A stretch of DNA of 62,903 nucleotides, filler included, from Hausera hauseri (Eukaryota): assembly GCA_046269625.1 (NCBI GenBank). It is 12 parts of 12 records of this genome, joined end to end, with 100 filler letters (N's around TTAATTAATTAA, not from the genome) between each part and the next. Parts side by side here need not be neighbours in the genome. Positions count along the whole stretch, not along the records: positions 51,447 to 58,412 come from JBJURY010047998.1; positions 58,513 to 62,903 come from JBJURY010605110.1; 10 more parts are not named here. One strand, written 5' to 3'. Shown one piece after another: positions 52,315 to 62,903 of the stretch (positions are counted from its first letter, which is position 1; every line of letters starts with the position of its first letter). Made by a program: the position numbers and the translations under genes. The notes below the pieces were generated by a model. That model was not told the origin of the DNA. It saw only the letters and a program-made list of their open reading frames with translations, and made no database searches.

Positions 52315-55300
52315 TCAGCCTCCAATGTCCGTACGCCCAACTCTTATTTCGCCCCACCACTTTCGCCTATCATCGTTACATGACAAAGCGACTTTCGCAC
52401 TAGTAATTGTGTACAGCTGGTGCTCAATTGATCGGGTGATCGTTTGAGACACAACTGCTACTAAATGTCCTCCTTCTGCTGCTGCTTCTTCATATATATG
52501 GCGATAATTACCGTGGTCGATTTCCGTCTGTCTCAGCTGGGCTTCTTTTGCTCGAATTTTCGATCCACAGTCCGTCAGAAGACTGTAGCACTTTTGCGTT
52601 GGAATATCCATTCTCGATACTGAACCCGACCTTCATTTTCATTCTTGATGCAGCCGATTTTGTTGGTGATCGTGCTGCTGTACAACGGATGATCCGGTGG
52701 GTAATTGGACGTGTCCAGTAATCCATCTAACTGCATTTGCCGCAGTACCTGTTTGCAATTGACTTTTTTCAGCCGCATGAAAAAACTGTCTATGTCACCG
52801 GCAATTATACTAATGTCACAGCCGTCAAACACTTGCCGGTAACGTGCCAAATCGCGATACTGCAGCTCATACACAGGCAACTTGCTCAGGTCCAATACCA
52901 CTTGTCCGATGTAACTTGGCCGGTACCGAATGACTTCTTCTCTGTTTAAAAGCACGGCAACCAATCCATCGGCAATGTCCATTGACCAACGAAACTGCGC
53001 CTTACTCTTGTACGTGACCAACCGCTTTTTCTATTGCATAGACATACATTGAGCCGCTTTTTCATATTCTCCACTGTTTTTCCGTGCAGGGAATTGTTTT
53101 CCAGCTTGTAGTAGTCCTTTTCGAACTTTGTACAAGCTGCGGCTCGTTTCTCCGAATTTCCATATATATACGCCTTGAATATGGGAGTCTCAGCAAATCG
53201 GATTGCACGATGCAGCTGTATGACGCGTACAAAGAGCTGCATGTAGAACTGTAGCAGACGCCAATGGATCACGTAAGTCAGCTTCAGTTCATTGGTCATG
53301 AATAGTTTCTTCACTTTTGAGCTTAGCAGACATTGGTTAAATGGTACGACCGATAAAGCGTCCAAAACGTTATGCAGCTTATCTGGTACCAAGACATCGA
53401 CCTCCATGAGGTATCCGACTGAGCCTGTCATGTCTGCTCGTGGTAGGTTGACCATTGTGTCGTCCAGATCTTGTGTGTCGACTATCCATTCAAATGAACC
53501 GTACGGCAGGGGTTGCGCAAGCGCTCAGCCGTACAGGTTATTAATATTAATATACAGCAGTGATGTGGTATCGGTAGCACTGACCTGATGCTTGTTGACA
53601 AATGTCATGCGGCCGCGAATACCAACATGAAACAGCCGGTACATTTTCGGGTCTTGCAGCAGCTCGATGTCTCGATCCAGTGACATTATAGCTGACGCCA
53701 AACTAACTCCCAGTATGGAATAAAACTTGAGTGTCTCTAGCCTATCTTCAGCCAACGCTTTCGCTCGAAACGCTTGGAACACATCGGCCAATAAGTACAC
53801 GTCCAGTTTAAGATACTGGAACATGTAATCCAACATATTTCTATATCCAGCTTTGTCCAAGATTCTTGTGCTCTCTGATATTCAAGTTCTATGATGCCTG
53901 TCCATCGCGGCGGTAATTCATCTGCTGTCCAGAGTGGCTCATATGATGTTTCAAAGTCATATGGAATTATGCCTTTGCTGCGTGTAATATGTGTGGGGAA
54001 CTGCGTTGAGGTTGTCGACACATCCGGCAAGGCATTCACCAGCTTCGTCAGTGATTCATTGAGAAATTGCAATGAATCAAGGAAGCGTACCTGGAACCGA
54101 TTTATGCGTGCTGACAGGGACAGGTATTTCTCCATTGTTGTTGGGATTATGGACAGTTCCCAGTGCTCAAATCCGTTAATTACCCATTTCAGTATATGGT
54201 GACAATCATAACCTCGGAAATTATGAAAGATCACCGGTAGGAGTGTCCAAACTCGCCTCGATAAATTGCATAAATTACATGCTTCCAAGTATCAACCGAT
54301 AAAATGGTCGTGATCCGGTACGAGTCGTTCCAGTGCATAAAACGGTAATATTTTGTGGCACAGATAACATTCCTCTGTAACTGCAAACGTCAGGCGTTCA
54401 TCTTTATCTGTCCAAATCAGGGGTTTTGTGGGGTTATTGTGATACCACGGTGCGATTTCCGATTTAACTATTGTTTCCAAATGATGCAGGAAATTACGCA
54501 CACAGTTTCAGCCGTGAAACACGCAATACTACGGTTAACTTGTAGCTTTTATTGGGACAACCAACATTCCAACGGCAATTGGATTGTTTTTGATCGTATA
54601 CATCGTGCTGTGGTAGGATTGCTTCAATATCAGCATATATCACATATGCTGGACTGCCCGTTTTAGACCAGTCACTAAATCTCATCTCCTTTTTGACTGG
54701 CATGACGTATATCGTAGTTCGTGATGCATTCTGTCTGCACAGCGCCACATGTTTTCCCACGTGCTTTCTGATCTGAAGCCGTGCAGACATGTAGGACACC
54801 ATTCACAATGTATTTATTTTTGGACAAACTGATGGTGATCCATGTTCAACAATCGGTTCAAATTTGTTATAGCCACGTAATGAAATTTTTCTGCCTGCTC
54901 CAACAATAACAAATTTACTGTGCGTCTATTCAGGTTTGGACTTCGATAGATATATCCACATGTGGATTCTTGTAAATTTCTTCATCTGCCGGTATTTTAA
55001 CTATTGCATTGTACCGGAACACGTTGATTGACAGCGTTGAATTACGCCGTTCAAATGTTGAATGGTTTTTAGTTTCATCGGCATCCAGTTTTCGTCTAAT
55101 TGCAATTCGGAAAAATACTGCCGATACTGACTTGGACGATATGCATTATGTCTATCAACTTTGTCATATTTTAATAGCTCCGGAATACTGTAAATAAAAC
55201 AGTAATCATCGTCCGTGTGTCTTACTTTCACTACCGCATAAGGGTGCTTTAGAGCTTCAGGTGTAGGTATGAATGAACGTCCGGACAGGTAAATTATGTC

Positions 55301-55690
55301 ACTCGACGTTGTTATAATAAAACCGAGAGTAAAAATTTTTATTATTCACCAACCACGGCTTTTTTGGGTGTAGTTGGCGATTTTTTCGGCCAGCTTTCCT
55401 CATATGATGGCAATGAAATCTTTGTAATATTGAACTGCTCGATGTGACAGGTACCATTGTTTCCTTTCATCTTCAACGTTTTCAAATTCTGCAATTGCAT
55501 AATATTGCACTTTGAACTTGTGGTGTTTGAATTTCTCCACTTCCGTTTCTAACCGGTTGCTCACATGAGCGGGTACATGCCTCACTTTAATTGCTAATTT
55601 CGACGACATGTTTACTTTTATGTCCACGTACTGTGGTGCCACGGACTCGGCCGCCACCACAACCCAGCTGCAACCAGGATATGTAGATTT
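52315..55690 (-). mobile_element. Protein-primed DNA polymerase B, same family as 13676-15800, decayed
   Basis: DDYCFIYSI, VIYADIEAIL, FHNFRGYD, FLDSLQFL, YLKLDVYLLADVF, YININNLYG, KLENNSLHGKTVEN, AGDIDSF, NDDRR. Confidence 0.92.
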
Positions 55691-56492
55691 CCTATTATCG
55701 GTTCACATCGATTTCGTACAAAGATAAAAGTCAACCCTTTTCCTTTTAGAGAAATATGATCTTTGTGTAAATGTCATAAACGGAGTATTAACCTTTCCAG
55801 AATTCAATAATTACCCATTATAACAAACTTCCATCCCATGTATATTGTGGTATGAATTCATTTCAATTTATTTACATTTTCTTGTAAACGGTATCGATAT
55901 ATCCACAGAATTATCCGATTGACATTATTTTATTGGAGTGACAAAAACTGAACAAACAAATGGTGTAATTCATTTTGTTAAAAGCTATTACACCGAATTT
56001 CATTAAAATCTGTGTTTTACACTAAGGAACGTGTTTTGATATCATTTTATTTCTCATTATTCATCAACTCTTTGAAAACCTTATGATTTTAGTCAATATC
56101 GCTCATAGTTGGAATCAGGACTATTTGGTGAATTACAAAACGGCATTTCATGTAAACGTTATTCCTACACGGCAGATAGCACTAGAATTTAATGAAAGAA
56201 AGTGCTTCAAATTCGAGAAAGCATGATTCCAACGTTTACTTTCACAAACCCTTTCGGAGACGAGGAGAATATGTCCACTGAAACTTCTCCTATTTGTATA
56301 TTAATAATATGAAGAAAAAATGGAATTTATGTATAGATTACGTATAGAAAAATAATTGTTATTTGATGTAATAAATCTTCCTTTGTTCAATTTTGTGCTG
56401 CTATCTAAATTTTGGGAAGTTTCGTTAGAATTTCGTTATTGTTGAATTTTTTACCTCGTATTTTACTTTAATTAAATTTTATCTCTACGAAT

Positions 56493-57629
56493 ATGCTAAC
56501 AATATTACAATGGTGTCAGGTGAAACAATTGGCCAGTGTCAAGTCGAAAATTAACTTTAATATTGTGTTTTTGAAGAAACCGAAATTTATGATGCAGAAA
56601 TTTGTCGTTACAGTTGGAGCTACGAAATTATTGATGTTGGAAGAAATCTTTCACGAATGGGCAAAAGTTACGCGTTCGGTAACTGTTGAAGAATTATCGA
56701 CAGTTTCAGAAACGAAGCTAACACAAGTAGATACATTCATCTCATCATACACTGCTAAAATACCAAAGGAATGTGGCTTTGATTTTGAGAAGTTTGAAGC
56801 AACTCTAATTCGTGTAGATGTTACGAGAAATTTTCATCTTGTTCGGAAGAAGTGTTATGCATCTCTTTTACAACCAGATAATGTAATTGAAGATTTAAAA
56901 TTTTCGAAGTCAATTGATAATTTGAACAACTGCGAAAAGTCAGAGAAAAATGGCAGTGTCGCAGTTGAAGAAGTTTTGAAGTTTAAAGCAGGTTGTTATG
57001 GAAAGAGTATATCAAGTTCGATGTCCACGGAAACCATTTGGAGACGGGTGGAAGTGTCAAGCCAGGTTGACCTAAGAAGTATTTGGGTGTGTCGCATAGA
57101 CAACCTTTGTTTAATTGTTAATATTGATGAATTATCGTTCTGGAATGATTTGTTGAAAGATGCGAAAGTTCTTTTTCGCCAGCTCAAGCCAAAATCATCC
57201 ATGACTTCTTCTCTTTCTACAAAAGTGTTTCCTTCTTTATTCTTCCCTTTCAACAGTTCAGAAGCTGGCCTCGAGTTTGGTTTAAAAACACCTATTGCGT
57301 CATACGAGGCGGACGTTTCAAATGATGATGTTGACAAATTCATTCAATCAATTGATCTATATTCGGATATTAACACAGCATACTGCAAACTCATAATAGA
57401 CATTTGTGGACAAAGTGAATATATTAACTATTACCATTATTGGATAACGTCAATGTTTATAGGCAATGTGTCTGTCTGGGTCCACAAAAATCGTCTCGGT
57501 TGTATGATGAACCAAGTAGAGTTGGAGTGGTCTCAAAAATTTACTATAACGACGTCAGAGATAGTCGATACTATAAACCGAGTTAGAGCATTTAATCAGA
57601 CGATGTCCCCGTTCGCTCGGGATATATGA
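56493..57629 (+). CDS. Hypothetical protein (378 aa), probably a fragment of a large host protein
   Basis: Long uninterrupted ORF in AT-rich DNA; no motif recognised. Confidence 0.5.
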   Translation: MLTILQWCQVKQLASVKSKINFNIVFLKKPKFMMQKFVVTVGATKLLMLEEIFHEWAKVTRSVTVEELSTVSETKLTQVDTFISSYTAKIPKECGFDFEKFEATLIRVDVTRNFHLVRKKCYASLLQPDNVIEDLKFSKSIDNLNNCEKSEKNGSVAVEEVLKFKAGCYGKSISSSMSTETIWRRVEVSSQVDLRSIWVCRIDNLCLIVNIDELSFWNDLLKDAKVLFRQLKPKSSMTSSLSTKVFPSLFFPFNSSEAGLEFGLKTPIASYEADVSNDDVDKFIQSIDLYSDINTAYCKLIIDICGQSEYINYYHYWITSMFIGNVSVWVHKNRLGCMMNQVELEWSQKFTITTSEIVDTINRVRAFNQTMSPFARDI

Positions 57630-57829
57630 GCAAATGGTATCAAAAAGTTTCCCTGGGTACTGAATAGCAGCCAGTCTGCTAGGCACATCTTCCTTTCATG
57701 ACCCAAGGCTCTTTAAGGCAATACGGCATAATAATAAACCATGAGAAAACAGAAGGTCAATGGGAAGGGAAACATTAAAATTCAAAATTTTTCACAAAGT
57801 AAAACCAAAATAAATGCATCAGCAATAAT

Positions 57830-58412
57830 TATTTGCAAAATTATCAGGGGCAGAAAGTTTTACTGTGTTGCAACATAGGGATGTGACATTTGGTCTTGGC
57901 CATTATATTGTAAGTTTATTGAAGCAAATGTGGCTGCAGGGGCAGTAAAAGTTAAATGGGCCCTGTTATTAAATTTGATTAGACAGAAATTATGAAAAAT
58001 AATAATATAGGTCAACCCTAGTTTCCTTGGAATAACTCTTGATAAAAGACTCACCTGGAAGTATCACATAGAAAACATAAATGCCACAGCATCACGTAGT
58101 ATGCTACTGATGAAAACACTTTTTGTGAAATTCTGATTGGAGAAAGAGAATATCCGCCACAGCCAAGCAGGTTTTAGAAGAGGAAAGCAGACCACTGACC
58201 AGCTGATCCGTCTGGTACAAAATATCACTGATGCTCTTCAAAAGAAAAACCAGGTTGCAGCAGTCTTTGTGGATCTCAAGCAGGCATACGACAGAGTGTG
58301 GAGAGATGGTCTCTTCTACAAGATGCAGAAGATGGGAGTGGAAGGAAGACTGTACAAATGGGTCAAAGATTTTTTAACGAATCGAAACATTTGTACAACA
58401 TACAATGGAGTA
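57830..58412 (+). mobile_element. Non-LTR (LINE) reverse transcriptase fragments
   Basis: LGITLDKRLTWKYHI, then SQAGFRRGKQTTDQL...FVDLKQAYDRVWRDGL...DFLTNR. Confidence 0.9.
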
Positions 58413-58608
58413 NNNNNNNNNNNNNNNNNNNNNNNNNNNNNNNNNNNNNNNNNNNNTTAATTAATTAANNNNNNNNNNNNNNNNNNNNNNNNNNNNNNNN
58501 NNNNNNNNNNNNTATGTATAAAAAGAACACCGAAAAATAATCAAAGAAACAGAAAACGGAAAAAACGAAATTTTTATTGGGTACCCCCTATATCTCTAAT
58601 TGTAAAAC

Positions 58609-60330
58609 TTAAGAATTAAAGTTTGTCCTTACTTTGGATTCACGAATGGTTTTGAACGATTCGTAAAAATGGCTATTAGGATGGGTACAGAATACATCCG
58701 TAGCCTCGCATCGGATTAGATTTTTTATCGCCTCCACAGTTGACTTGTATTTATCTTGAATATACTCCTGCATTTTTTGTTCCAATTTCACAGTAAAATT
58801 GGTGAACTCGCTAACATTGAGCTGCATTTGATTAATTTTACTTTATCAACAATTGTAAATCATACTTCTCTAATGACGTCTACCACGAACTCCCGCATTA
58901 AATCTTTCACCTCTGCCAGACATTGCAAACTGGGCTTTTCAAACTGATAAATTTCATTGCTTATCAATAATATAAATGGTTTCTCAATGCTGTATGTCAT
59001 TCGTTTGTTTCCTCTTGTATTTACTAATGCGCTTCGAATATCACTCGATGAGGCATTCTGAACTGATAGCGATTTCATTTCATTTTCGTATGTGCCATAC
59101 AAAATATAGCTAATTCTCGCCCCGCCTTCCGGTTCTAAACTATATGACTTTTTATTGCCTGTAATGAGGTCGGAATATAGATCGTTGAACTTTACAATGC
59201 TTTCACGTAAAACATTTTCCTGTTAATTTAACCAATTAATATGTTATACAAATATTTGCATAATACTTACATTTTTGTCAGTGTCTAACATTTTCAATTT
59301 TGACTCCAAATCTTCGATTCTATCGGCAATTTCTTTATTCATAATTGGCAACGTACGATGAATGAGCTCTCTAAGTTTCTGAAATTTATCAGTGATTACA
59401 TGAACGTATGATCTGTTTTAATAATCTAGACGTAACATGACCCACTCGTGGCCCTTGAAGAATATTCAGTGTATAAATACTAAATAAATACATGAAACAT
59501 TCCGCGGCCCGCAATACGGAACATTTTAAGTGTATTTTTCATATTGATGAACCATTTATGCAGGATTTACCAATATTACAAATATTGTCATATTGATGAA
59601 CCTTTTATGCAGGATGTACCAATATTACAAAAATGTCACATTGATGAACCATTTATGCAGGATGTAACAACATTACAAAAATTGTCATGTTGATAAACCA
59701 TTTATGCAAGATTTATAAATATTACAAAAAATTCATATTGAAGAATATGACTAATCTTGAATGTCGAAAGCTAGTACCAGAGTAACTATGAATATAAGTT
59801 TATTAACTATGACGGCAAAGAACTATTTCAAATCCAATCAATACGTACTTTCACTAATACGGCGGTTAATGATCCAATGCCGTGGTCTCTCCATATGTCT
59901 CTGTACTTGGTTTGAAAGTACTTTGCTTCATCATCTCTGGCACATTCCACAGAATGTCGATTTAATATTTTTTGTTGACTTCTGTTCACAACACAAATGA
60001 CACCGAGTGATGGCTTGACGAATTTGCTATTCAAGATATCCCTCATTGTCGTACCTTCATCCATTAAGTCAACTTTTGTTATTACATGAAGTGTTCGTTG
60101 TCCTAAATAAGTAATTCAATCATTGATGCCATCGATAAAGGTTCATTTAAAATTTAAAATGGTTTGCCATGATGGGGAATTAGAAGAAATGAACTACTGT
60201 TCATCGTGTTCATTAATTTTACCTCACATAATTATCATTGGATTCCACACTCAGAATATTGGTTTCGAAACATTTTACGCACAAGCTCTGGGAAATCTAT
60301 ATAAATGTTATTAGATAGACTCATCAAAAC
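58609..60330 (-). pseudogene. Dynamin-related protein (Drp1/Vps1-like), partial and decayed
   Basis: IDFPEL (decayed DLPG), GQRTLHVITKVDLMDEGT, VVNRSQ, EGGARISYI, FEKPSLQC, IRCE...THP. Introns are present along with stops and frameshifts. Confidence 0.85.
59540..59742. repeat. 48-49 bp minisatellite, about 4 copies, inside a dynamin intron
   Basis: CATATTGATGAACCATTTATGCAGGAT(T/G)TACCAATATTACAAA..TGT repeated at 59540, 59589, 59637 and 59686. Confidence 0.92.
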
Positions 60331-60407
60331 ACCACGCATTTTCAGCCTTAAATAAAAAACTACATCTATCAAACTGCTACCCACGTTAAAGGTCGATGTA
60401 GCATTCA

Positions 60408-61306
60408 TCAATTTTTGATTGGCCCATTCACTTTTACCTTTAACTCATAAATTATCTTGCCCTTAACTAATTTCCCTCTTATCACTGAATCCTTTTGTAT
60501 CGAAAATGACTTACATTGGTTATCATTTATCGTCACACAAATAAAACACTGTTCTTTAATTTTATTCCCCAACTCACTCTTTTTAACTCTCTCAAACATA
60601 CAGACAACCCCTCAACAACACAACCCATGCCAACATCCAAAGAAACAGAAATACGAAAGTAACAAACTATAATATTATTAGAATCACCTTTAACGGAAAT
60701 CACAGGATAGTCATCCGATTTAATTCCAATGTCAAGTTTTTCACACAAGCAACGAGAACAACGCCAACGTTTTGTACGGAATTCATCGACGAGAAATTCC
60801 GATACTTTCAATTCATGTGATGAGCATTGACAATTAGGTATAGGTATTCGCATTACCTGATCAGTAATGTTACTCTTAAGATTGCTCATAGGACTAAATC
60901 TCGGAATTGGTGAACTTTCTTCTTCTATCCTCGACGGGAATTTTAAAAAGTGGTTCGAATTTGGTAATGATTCAGAATTATATATGTAACACCAAATTTC
61001 TTGATGGAACGATTTCTGTGCATATGACTGTGGTGGACTGATCAATAACCTATCTGACACGAAAACATAATCCGCTTTCCAATCGATGGGCCGGTGATCA
61101 ATTATCAAACTGGTGAAGGTAGATTGTCCTGAGATGCAACGATCCCAGAATCCGATGAATGAATTTTTCATATCATTTTTATTTTCTGACATCAGTGATA
61201 GTCGGTATTCAACATCTTTTTTCATAGCAGTAGACATTGTATCATCTGTAACAATAATTCCATTTAACGTCATTTTAATTAACTTCATATCTAACGGATT
61301 TATCAA
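60408..61306 (-). pseudogene. Hypothetical protein, possible zinc-ribbon OB-fold (RPA1-C/CTC1/POT1-like), frameshift near 60600
   Basis: CQC...WRCSRC followed by YFRISVSLDVG, similar to the Y.L...L.DGTG strand of C-terminal OB folds. Confidence 0.3.
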
Positions 61307-62329
61307 AGTTCAACAGACCATTTCATGATTTTCCGTGATTTTAAGTCATTTCCACTGTTTAATTCATCATTGTCCGTGTGCTGTAACGTTTCAAGTGGTT
61401 CATCATTATAATTGAAGTATTTAGCATTAGTTTTCATTTCTCTTCGTTTTGTTCTTTCAATATACGTTTAGAGGAGGAATAGACACGGGTTTAATTTTTG
61501 ATTTTAATTTCAAAATTTCAAAATTCCATATTATTGATTCATCAGTAAATTTATTATTTTGATATATATCATGATCATATCCACTATTAATGGGCCATCG
61601 CCAGGTCTCCAGCCCTGGGTAAGAAACGCAGAGAGATAGTGGATGCATAATTCGATACATAGATTCGGAATATGATTGGTTTACAAAAATAAATTAATAA
61701 AGTTTCTCGGATGTCGACAAGGGCTTTTACAATAAACACTATTTTCCATACATATTTACATACTCGGGCACCTATATATTTCTCAAGCAAACTCTGTCCT
61801 TTATAATGTGAACTTTGTAAAATATGTATACACAATACAACATTCATGCATTCTATATACATACATACACACTCTTTTTATACACTATGTACATTGATCT
61901 ACGTCCCCTATGTTTTAGTTGAAATTCGTCCTGATTCCCCAACGAAACAGTCAGGTTCCAAGATAATAATAAACATTTTTAATCTGAAGTTAATAATCTA
62001 TTCTAAACATTCATGTTGTTCGATTCAATAATAATGATAATTCACATTTTGATAATGTAACACTTAATTTGAACAATAAGAAATGAATCCATGATTCACT
62101 TTACGAAAGTAGTTTTTTAAATAATTATTCAATGATACAAAATTTTTAATTTCAATTTTCAAGTTGGGTAAACTGACGTATTTTTAATAAAGGCAAAAAA
62201 GAAATTCTAAATCATTATATTATTTAGTGAAAAGAAAAAACACCTTTTGATAGAAATTCCGGTTTGGCTCACTTACCACACTCCCTATGCGCTAGATAGT
62301 TACGAGAAACTTAACAAGTGACTTTGGTC

Positions 62330-62830
62330 AGTTTCCGTACGGTGCATCCCGGAGTCTGGAGGTGGACGAGAAAAATGTGGATTTTACAGGGAAAGGATAT
62401 ATGGCCATGTTTGGCGCATACAAATGATGTGACGCAGAGTTTATTGAATGGTGAAGGAATGAAGTCGACTGGATGAAAGGCAACTTCACTGGAGTGGAGA
62501 AGTGACCCAGAACCGGCATATGGTTTATGGCGAGTAGGAACCAATCAGTGGTGAACGGAAGCCGGTTCCGTAACTCTGAGCCAATGTATAACCAAATGGC
62601 ACTGTAGTGTTTAGGATGTGTCTGCACTGTTTTAGGCTGTCGGATCGGTGAGAGAATTTTCCCCACCATGTGATTATGCGACACAAAAGTTGAATAATAA
62701 AGCGGGAATCATTGTTAGTGCGAAAGCTGGAGATTCCAGATTTACAGATACCAGAAAGGACGAGCAGGAAAGGTGTATGACTATCGAGTCCATGACAGTA
62801 TTGGAATGAAACTATAATTGCCAATGTATA
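62330..62830 (+). mobile_element. Highly decayed Gypsy-type integrase remnant
   Basis: HPGV, FY...YGHVW and DYAT fragments across frames; GC higher than the flanks. Confidence 0.35.
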
Positions 62831-62903
62831 GATCCGTAGAGACGCTGTATATATGTATATATCTATATTATGTATATCAAATATACACCCCCCGTCAAAA
62901 GTT

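Noticed and set aside
57990-58412. Permuted LINE RT (C-terminal piece before N-terminal piece) as a new architecture
   Set aside because: These are short fragments at a contig end, best explained by nested or rearranged LINE debris.
59540-59742. CRISPR-like array
   Set aside because: The units are head-to-tail with no unique spacers, inside a eukaryotic intron, with no cas genes.

Overview
This window is not one locus. It is 12 unrelated contigs of about 4-8 kb, joined by 11 artificial 100-bp linkers (N-TTAATTAATTAA-N), so gene order can only be read within a contig. The DNA is from an AT-rich eukaryote, probably an invertebrate, with very short (about 35-50 bp) GT-AG introns. Apparently intact host genes are an E2-like protein with Ser at the catalytic Cys position, RPC9/CRCP, Rab6 (last exon missing) and ALKBH6. 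EXOC1, APC1, a dynamin-like gene and an OB-fold gene are broken copies. The rest is decayed mobile DNA: mariner x2, Tigger/pogo, piggyBac, hAT, LINE, Ty3/Gypsy and a Polinton-type protease. Three things stand out. (1) A Ty3/Gypsy element carries a chuvirus/gB-like glycoprotein directly upstream of, and overlapping, the protease-RT-RNaseH-integrase region where gag normally sits (25582-30301). (2) Two independent copies of a protein-primed DNA polymerase element share an unusual AGD(T/I)DS motif C, a convergent SSB-like gene and its promoter; one copy also has palindromic 66-bp repeats and a hidden IAP-type RING gene. (3) A contig encodes an unknown, internally duplicated, membrane-associated polyprotein (39669-43624). 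All family assignments come from motifs I recognised by eye; no database search was run.
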